Shown here piece by piece: positions 54,754-64,000 of a DNA stretch of 64,000 nucleotides (its first letter is position 1; the number at the start of each line of letters is the position of its first letter). A program made the translations under genes and the position numbers. The DNA lies in contig JBLDXI010000001.1 of the NCBI GenBank assembly GCA_047495785.1, positions 682,001 to 746,000 of the forward strand, read 5' to 3'. Under the pieces are notes generated by a model that saw nothing but the letters and a program-made list of their open reading frames with translations, was not told the origin of the DNA and did no database searches. The DNA is from Lepidodermella squamata (Eukaryota > Animalia > Gastrotricha).

Positions 54754-57700
54754 TCAACTAAGGAGAGACGTCAAAGAGCGAACTCGGAATGATCCATCGG
54801 CGCCGCACGAATACAGCCGGTGTTCGGGGTCGATCGCCAACTGGGTGACGCCGACCGTCTGCGAGCCGACGAACCCGGAGGCGAGCCCACGCACCTTGTG
54901 TTCGGCCGGCATGTGAGCAATCAAGTGGATATCGGAGCCCATCGACCAGATTTTCACGTCGCCATCGGCCGCGCCCGTCGCAAAACACTTCTCCATCGGG
55001 TCGATGGCGATGCACTTGATCGACGACTGCTCGTGGGCCGCCAGCATGCACAGAGGTTCGGATTTTCGCAGGTCGAACAAGGCGACTTCGCCGCGCTTGC
55101 CAGCCGTCAGTAACACGTTGTAGCGCTTCGAAAACGCAACTGTATTGCAGCCACCGTCATGACACACGTAAGATTGCACGATTTGAGAATTCGGCGGCAG
55201 TAAGGTGTCCCACAGCCGCAGGTTATTGTTGTCATTGGAATTGCCTACTGTGGCTATCACCGAGGCCGAGTCGAGGAAGCAGAAGTCGGCCAGAGACTGA
55301 GAGTGGGCCTCGCGTTGAGCCCAGAACGGCCGGTTCGTTTTGCCAACATGGCTTAGACACAGCCGCATAGTTCCAGACTGCTCAGCCACGCCGAATTTAT
55401 TGCCGTAGTCGGACCATTTCAGGGCTGTTAAGTTGGATGTGGGTCGCGGGTCGAGGTCGTAGGTAACCACGGCTGACCAATGACCCCATTGCCAGCATGA
55501 AATCGTCCGATTTTGACAGCCAACCAGGACTGCAAAAACAATAAATTGTTGAAAATTCGAACAGCATTTCAATTATTTCAATAACTTACAAAATGGCTGA
55601 CTCGGATGTGATGACATATATCGCGCATGAGCCACGTTATTTTTGCATAGCTGAAAAAGAAGAAACAAAACCAATAATTTCATGCGAATGTTATGTCAAG
55701 AACACAAACGTTAGGAAAACGGAATGAAGCATTTCAGTGAACACAAAATATTCAAGGTCTGAACAATTTCAACGCCAAGACAACATTTAAGGAAATAGAA
55801 GCGCATGAATACTCAGATAGTAAGCGATGCGGGCGACGCCTGGACCAGCGTGATTATTCTTTGGCATTTCTCGACTTTTCAAACGAGTGAAAACACAACC
55901 CTTAAGGTCGCTTTCATGGTGTTATTAAAGCGCAATTTCTCACGATACCCATCCACCTCTTAACAAGCTACAAGAAACTTCGATATCTTCATTTAAAAAC
56001 CTGTCGATTGAAGCGATTCGGGAACTTGGCATAAACGAGCCCAGGGAATGGTTCATCCAAAACAGTACCAAACAACTGCTTATACGTGATGTTGATTATA
56101 TTTGAAATGATTGAACAAACGAAACAAAAAAGAGACAGACAAAGTAACACATGGCATAATGAAAGACGGGGAACTGAAATGAAAACATAGCGCTACACGA
56201 AGTAAGTAATCGCGGACCTGTTTCACTAGACGCCTGCTTCTGTCAAGAACTTGGAAGGGCGTCTGCAAGTTTTTAAGCTGGATTGGCAAATTTAGAATTT
56301 TCGAAAAACACAGTTAGTAAGGCAGAACTTGGCAGAAAAATCGCCTTGAACTTACCACATTAGCGCCATAGGCTGTGATTGCATTCGCTCCGGTCTGGTT
56401 GATCGCAGCTGGAATGACCCCCGGAGCTGAGGGCGGAAGAGTCGGCATGCTGGCAACCGCAGGCAAATGAGCGTGTGATGTGCTGCTCGACGGCGAATTC
56501 ATGCCCAAGGCACCTTGACGAGTATTTAGAACCGTAAACTGGTTACAACCATCAGCAGGTTGAGGGTTCAACATCGTTTCGATGTCATAATCCAAATCTG
56601 AATCAACCCAGGTCGGCGGGTGTAACATCGCCCCGATGTCTAACTGCAGGATTTCTTTCGACAACGCCAATGCCACGCAATTTAGGTTGTTCTGATTAAT
56701 GCAGAACGACCCGACTGGTTCCTGGTCTTTATGAATCATTTTCACCGCAAGGTCCGAGTTCGGGACCGGTTTCCCGACCAGAGTCGATTTTGAGGTGGAA
56801 TTTTCGTTATGATCTTGAGGTGACTCGGTGCGTCTTGATAGTGACATCATACTTACTGAGGGTGTCACCTTACTGCTCGCAACCTCTTGAGGAGCCGTTG
56901 CGGTAGTCGGGCCGAAAACGTGGCGAATAAACAGCGGCCTCAGTGTTTCCTGCCTGGCCAAATAGACCCATAAGCGACGGTGGAGGATCGTGCACGGGTC
57001 TTCAGCAAACGGAGTGTTGTCAGTTTTGATCAAACACGCATATTTATCAAAAGGCTTAGCCCCTTGAGCACCGGGCGTCGGCGTTGCCATTACCCCGACA
57101 GGTTCTGCCAAAACCGTGCGGTCAGGTACGAATTCCGGAGCAGGCGGAGGCGGGCCCAGCGTTTTCAAGTCGATCTGAAGCGTCTCGGACCACCTTCCCA
57201 TCGCCGCAATGAGGGCGTGAATCAATGGGAATAGCTGAACTAAATCCTGATGTTCGACGCCGAGACTTGGCAAAAATTGCCGATACATGTTAGAAACATG
57301 TTCGATCAACGCAATGCGAAGCAAAACCCACGCTCTCGAGTTTGGATTCGAATGCTCAGTGCTGTCCAAATCTTCGTCGTGATCAGCTTCACTTTCTAAC
57401 GTGTCATCCATGTTCAAAAGCTGAGCTGTATCATAGTCTAAATTCAGATTCGGCTCAGGTTTGCGAAGAAAGTAGCTCGCCAAGGTGGTGGTGGGTGCGA
57501 TGAATTCTTCGGTATAGACGATTTTATCCGCCTCACTCGATCTCCGCTGCTCTAAAACGCGTCGGTTTATCGCCGAGCGGTGTTTGTCCATCGCAGAGGT
57601 AGCCGGTGAGTTGCTCGAGCTGTTGTCTGAACTGCCAGCTGGAATTGACGGTGTGCCAGTCGTTTGTCCAGGCTGAGGCGGGACGGGCGGGGGTGGCTGG

Positions 57701-60700
57701 CTGGGTGCATGATGGCGCACCGGCATTCGCTTCGCCCCGCCGAAAACTCGATTCCACGCCGATAAATTCAACGGGTTAGCGATTAATCGGAACAAAGCCC
57801 GAGCGTCGCTGGTCGCAAGAGCGTATACGAAAACTCCCGAGTGACACGCGACGAGACACCGTGTTAGAAGAAGGTACAACTTAGGGCAGTCCGGGTCAGC
57901 GAATTGCTGGAGAAGACCCGACCATTGACTTACCCCAGGCCATTTCGTCGGTTCAGTCGTCACGACACGCAAGCGGCCTGGATCCAAGTCGCACCCGCAA
58001 AGGCTCTGGTACACGAGTGAAGACAATGTCAAGGCCAAATCTCGAACAGCTCGTAGTTTCGAAAGGAGTCTTGGAGATGGCGGCCACAACCGGTCCATAT
58101 TTGAGAGGAATAACAAAATATCTGAGGCCAAATTGAACAAAATAGAAACAACATTCTGGAAGCAGGCCCGAAGAGGTGACAAAGCTGCGAGAACGAGCGG
58201 CAGTGAAGTCGTTGTCGGTAATTTGCAAGTCAGCGAAGATCTCGGAGCGTAGAAATCTTGCGATAACTGGCAGAGCTCATTCAACGCAAGGGATAGCGGA
58301 GTCGAGGTCGGCGCTAGTAGCGACGCGAAGTTAAGCAGGCAATGCAACAAATGGCTGTTCTTTGCTAGCCAATTACGTCGTTCGTTCAAGCTTTCCAGCA
58401 ACTGATGAACATCGCCGTTATTGTCGAGAATCAACGGCAACGAGAGGGGTGGTAAGCCCTTGGAAGACGACCTCATCAGCGCCTTTTGATTGTCCGAAAT
58501 CATGTTAGAAACAAGGTGAAACTCATTCTGAAGCCAGCTGAATAACTGTTGATGTAGTTGAGAACTGGTCTGGCCACCGCAAAGAGCTGTCAGCTCATCA
58601 GCAAGCAGACGAAGGCAGCAAATGAATTTCAACTGCTCAGCAACACAGTTGGTTGTAAATTCGGGTGAAAAAGGCGAAATTGCACCAGGTTCGCTCTTCC
58701 TTGAATCAGTTGAAAAGGTCTTTCCAAGCGGCGTTTTCTCGTCTTGAACTGGGGTAACGACGAAACGAGGAGCGATAGGAGGGGCGAGTTCTTTAGGTTT
58801 TTCTTCCTCCTTCACAGCTTCTTCTTCCTCCTCACTCTTGTTATCTTCATCGCTCCAATCCAATACCAACTCGTCTTTTTCCCCTCCTGAAACCGGCTGA
58901 CTCCAGTCTAGATCAGAAGCTTTCGACACCGATATAGCCGGAGCTTGAGGCTGTTCTGGTTTTGAGCTGATTTTCGTTATAGAACCATTCATCTCGGCGT
59001 CACTTGCAGCGAGAGCCGGCATACGGCTCAGCACATTAAGGGCCAAAACCGGACAACCAGCCTTCAAGTAGCTATGAGCGGTCAGAAAATGCGTTCGCCG
59101 CTCGAGGTGGGATGACAGCAGTGAATCATCGTAATCATTCGAACGACCTGCGGTCAATTTTCGCATCAACGGGTGAGTTTTAAGGTGGCAATAAAACCCG
59201 AAAATCGCCGTCATATGAGCGAAATCGTCGGAATGTAACCCGCGGCTGCTGTCAAGCAAAACACTCAACGCCTCGTGATGTTCCCCAACCACCCAATGGG
59301 CGAGACTCAGCAAGAAGACGTCATTCGATTTCCGCTTTGATCCATTGCCGCCCAAAATTTCGGTTCTCATCAAATTCTGGTACGTTTGGCCACTTTCGTC
59401 GTGTAATCTCGCGATTACAAGAGCGAGTTGAAGATCGAAAAGCCGCGATACGCAGACTTCAATCGCATCTCTCAGCGAATCTGCCAGCAAAAAGAAGGCA
59501 ATTGCGTGTTCGAATCGTTGTTTTGCGAGCAAGTCGAACGCGTTTTTCAAGGCGGCTTTGCGCCACCGTTCTTCCGTGAAATCATTCTTGAAAAAATCGC
59601 GCATCCTCGTGTTCTCATGCGACTTGAACAGCACGGCAAGCACCGACTTTTTCTTCATCGCAAGGTAGTAGAGCGCGGAGTCCAGCGGCTCTTTCGTCTT
59701 CTGGAAGGCCGATCTCGCCAGTTGTTCACCGAGTTTTTTCAAGGCGGTGATATTTCTGAGCCAGAAGCCGACGCCATACGCTCTCAGCTCAACCCATTGG
59801 GGCTCGTTTTTCTGAACACTGGGTATTAGCGAGAGTAATTCGTCCTGGCTTTCTGAATGGAAGGCCCACAAGTAAGACGCACTCGATAAACCGCGTTGGA
59901 TGATTTTAGCACGGTGTGCGACAGGCAGAGTTTGGGCTAGGTAGTTGTGATGCCGCATATCGAGTAGGAACCGCGAGCCACATGCATCTAACGATTGCGA
60001 GTAGAGTTGAGTGCCTGGGTCGGACTGTTTACCTCGAGCTGAGACAAGACCAGCCAATGCAAGAAGGTACATCTGATCGAGGTTTGACAGGCCAGGAAGA
60101 CGGCTTCGCGACAAAAAGACTGAAAGAAGACGAGCCATCGTTTCGCTGAAGACAGGTTGAATGCCATTGCCACTCGACGAATTCGCTCGATTTCTGATAC
60201 TTTGAGGGGTCAACGTATCAGCAGAGTCGAAACTGCTAAAACTGAGCTGAGACATCAGCTTTTCGGCTGTTGAACCCGCTGATGATGGTAGGTGATGGGA
60301 ATGGTGATTGGGTGCACTTTGCGAAGAGCTGAGCATCGTCCAGATTTCGTGAAGAGGAATGGGACGAACAAACACGGTATTCAGTGATGACGAGCCGCCA
60401 GCTTCGTCTTGCCCATTCACAGGTGTCGCTTTCAGATCACCAACATTCGAAAAATGCTTCGTTGACGCCGAGAGGCGATCTACGGCCACATCTTCTGCAG
60501 CGTTTTCGTCCAATTCATCTCCCTGTAAGAGCAAAGAGAAAGATTAGAACCAGAAGAAAAATAAATAAAAATGTAGTGTTTGATCGAAAAGTTGATAGAA
60601 CTGAAATTCCTCCACTGAATACTGAATGAGAAAAAAGACTAGTGAAAAACAAAAACTTGGATTGAAGTGTCGTTCAAAAAAAGAAATACAGCTAAACTAT

Positions 60701-63700
60701 GTTTACGTACAGCGTACGATAGATGACGCCTAGTTTGGGGTTTCTTACAAAATTCAAGTTTAGTTTGAAAATTTGTATGAAACTACTCGCGTAAATGTAC
60801 CTGTTGATCACCATTGGCGCTCAGGCGGATATCCGGGAAAATGGATCGAACCACGTGCGCCAAAATAACGTCGACACAGTGAACTCGGCCCATTTTCAAC
60901 AGCTCCAACAAAAATTTAGGATGATATTGAGGAAGAACGGGATTAGTCGCTAGAGCCAACTCGTACAAACTAGCATCCTCCAGCACTCGAATAGCCGCTC
61001 GAGCTTGGTCGAGTGAACTTGTCCGTTGAATGGCAGGTTTTGTCGGTTGTGCATTGACGCTGCTTCGATGGTATTGATTAGGTGCCGTTGAATTAGACAG
61101 TGGGATTTCAGCCACAGTCGGCATAGCCTCAGCCCCGGTATGTTTTGCCAGCGACTGAAAACTCGCAGTTCGATGCATTTGCAGAAAGGAAGCAGAAGAA
61201 ACAGACAGCCAAACGTTGTCAGCAAGCGATCGAGCCTCGGGTGCCTGGGTCGAAGGCGAATTCAAGTTTGAGGCCATATTCGACGGTCTCCGACTTTCGA
61301 CTCCGTAATCTGTGGTCGCATGCAAACCGGATGGTACGGTTTGAGCCGCTGAACTCAGCTGCAATTGCTGCTGCTCATTGCCATGCCCATTTTGCAGGTT
61401 CGAGGTACTATTGTGTGAAGTTGCTTTCGAAGAGCCTTGCCATTGGCTGAAAATTTGAAGCTCTGAGCCGAGACCGACAACTAGTAGACCTGTTTGAAGC
61501 AAGCTGACGAACGTTGGAAGAACCGGACCCGAGCTCCACGCCGAGGCGGAATGAAGTTCGAAAACACGAACACGAACCCAGCAAACGCCGGAAGAGCGAT
61601 GGCTTGAAGGATTTTGCAGTGGCGAAGACGCACTTTGGCTTTGCCCAGCCATAAGTGGAGCATTCTGGAGCAAACCATGTCGACGATCGGTCATGTCCAA
61701 GCCACTGTTAGGGCCGTTTTGCTGGGGAGTTGAAGCCACAGATTCGTTTGCCTTTGCAGCCTAAAAGCATCAAGGAAACAGTCATTTTCTAGTTAATAAT
61801 CATGTTTCGTTATGGCCAACGGGCCTCGAGTAATTAACAAGTGATTAGACTTTATTCAAGTCCAACTCTAGCCTATGCTAAAATGTGTGTTTTGGGTAAC
61901 CGATGTACAATTGACACAAATTAGAACAATAACGACAATATTCAATAAATCAGGCGGGGTAAGTAAATTAGTTTAATATTATGACGGCTAATTCTGAGTT
62001 CATAATAAGTGAGACTAATCGACTCGACAATCAAGTTGAAGTACCTCCTGCGCAATCGCATCTTGCTTGCTCAATTGCTGTTAAAATCACACCAAAAGAT
62101 AAAATCAAACTCAAAATGATTGTGTTTAAAGGCTGATGTGTTGAAAAAATAATTTGTCATTCCAAAAAATAAATGTGGGCTTACCGATGCTATTTCTGTG
62201 GAAATTTGAGCGAAAACATAGACCCGATCAACAAGCAAAACAACAAGTAGATGGCTGCCGTCGTGAACGGGGCTCCAGCGAATTTTGACAGCGCTCAATG
62301 TGTCTAGCATCGCATTTGCTCCCATCAACTCCTGCATCACGCTCGAAGGTGCTTCGTTGCCTAAATCCAGAGTGTCCTCGACGTTCCATGTATAGCCACC
62401 AGTTGATTCGCATTCGTAAACCACGACTTGACACGAGAAGGGCGATGGCACTGCCGCCACAGAGCCGCGTTGAAGCAATCTCTTCCCGTTCATGCTATCG
62501 ATAGGGCTGACAGGTGGGCTGTTGAATGTAAACGGGGTCGCTACAACCGGGTTAGTTCGCCCACAAGCGACTGCAATTCGGCAAGAAAACGCGCATGACA
62601 CACCGATAATTTTCGCATTAGGACAATTTGAGAAAAATGGCGGCCGCAGTTGCGAAGATTCAGCGCCGTCTATTAAGAATGATTGCGGCCTATCGCCCGG
62701 CATTTTCCACTCTTGCCACGTTAAGTCGCATTTCGAAGTTCTGACGCCGGACCAAAATCGAACAGTCCCGTCTGTACAGCCGATGACGAGTTGGTAGGGT
62801 GAACAGAGGTTCGACAGGAAGGAAGAGCTCATTTGCGAAATCGCAGCATCTGCTTGGGCCAACCCGACCCCGAGCGGCAGAGGTAGCGCGATCGATGATA
62901 AAGGTTCTAGTGCTACCATCATCCTCGTTTCAGTTGCTATAGACAGAGACGACGATGACGGGTGCATTTGTGGTAGGCTCTCAGTGGGCGAGGCAATACC
63001 CTCCATACTCGCCGGTTTCGACATAGGCGAGGATACAGTGATGTGAAACGACTGAAGCGTAACCGAGCCATTCAACGAAACAACAAGTTGGATTGCGATG
63101 AATTCCGAAATTTCACTAGAGCTACCCGCCGCGCTGACGTCTGTGGCAGTATGCAGACCGGCGTTTGCCATCGGAAAGGCAGCGATAGGGAAGACGTGGA
63201 AAAAACGGCAGTCTGAATTCAAATTGTTTTCGTGTTGAAAATGCGATAACCGCAAAACGCAAGCAGGCCTCGAAGCTGATTGCTGACTAACAATGCCCAA
63301 TCGCTCGTCCACCTTACTCAACTGGCCTTTCTTTTTCAGGCGAGAGAAAAACGTGTAGGCATCTATGATAACTTGCATCGCTGTGAAGCCTTTCGACGAC
63401 CGTAGGAGGAAAACCGTAGACGGACTGACTCCACAGGGTGAAAAATGACCGGCAAAACTTGTCGGAATCCATGCGACTTGATGATGGTCTTTCTCAGGTA
63501 GAACAACGCGAGTTACCTCGGCGAAACCGCCTGATTGATGAAGTTGGGTTGTCGGGGTTACCTTCCAGAAAACTAGCTCGCCCGGCGACTGGGTGACCAC
63601 TATCGGAAGAACGGGATGAACGACAATGTTTTCCACAGAAGTTCGATGTCCGCAAATTCGTTGGCCGTGATACACGCTTACCAGGGTTGAGTGCTTAGCT

Positions 63701-64000
63701 TTCTCAGATAGTGATAGGCTCCAGCGATTAAGCGTGCCGTTATCGTGTACTGAGACCAGGGTGACGTGGCTGTGAGGGTCTGCGTATAAGAGGAGTGGCG
63801 ATGGCAGTAGGCTAGCGGCGTCGGAAGGCGGCAGGGTGCCCGGAAGACAGCTAGTGAAAGTGACGGTGGGTTGCACAAAGGACGCGCCATCGGCTTTGTC
63901 GAGGTGGTCGATGACCCAGAGCAGAAAGCTGCCGTCGGCGGGGCTGAACGATATCACCATATCGGGGCTGTGAATCCATTCGCGCCGCATTAACGCAAAC
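54754..64000 (-). CDS. DMXL: DmX-like / Rabconnectin-3 alpha, 5'-truncated by the window. Exons >64000-62185, (62077-62045), 61760-60801, 60522-56356, (56262-56218), 55650-55590, 55529-54754
   Basis: YECESTGG..W..ED, LPQYHP..L.ELL..G, Rav1p_C region (LDACGSRFLL..WAFHSESQDELL..WRKAALKNAF.LL.KQRF..AFFLL), C-terminal WD40s (LWDTLLP, FATGAADGDVKIW, LYSCGADG). Confidence 0.95.

Overview
Eukaryotic (bilaterian invertebrate) nuclear DNA from a very compact genome with mostly 43-73 nt GT-AG introns. Exon structures were rebuilt by hand. Minus strand, in transcription order: Rab10, WDR11, four tandem gamma-glutamyltranspeptidase (GGT) paralogues, HERC2. Plus strand, divergent from the same ~950 bp region: WDPCP/fritz, LSM7, RFWD3. 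Then EF-1alpha (-), a transposon-littered gap, a GPI-type ephrin (+), ATP synthase inhibitor IF1 (-) and the 3' part of DMXL/Rabconnectin-3alpha (-). Main observations: (1) a complete 3-exon TGF-beta/GDNF-superfamily ligand gene, captured only in part by the ORF track, lies antisense inside a WDR11 intron; it has a ~33-aa prodomain and no interchain cysteine; (2) the GGT array holds one canonical copy, one near-canonical copy, one with a rewired acyl-binding pocket and one with an in-frame ~225-aa deletion of the catalytic core; (3) 92-411 nt spacers with mostly unpaired splice acceptors suggest SL-trans-spliced operons; (4) decayed non-LTR retrotransposons and a MITE whose removal restores an RTE reading frame. 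All calls come from motif recognition; no searches were run.
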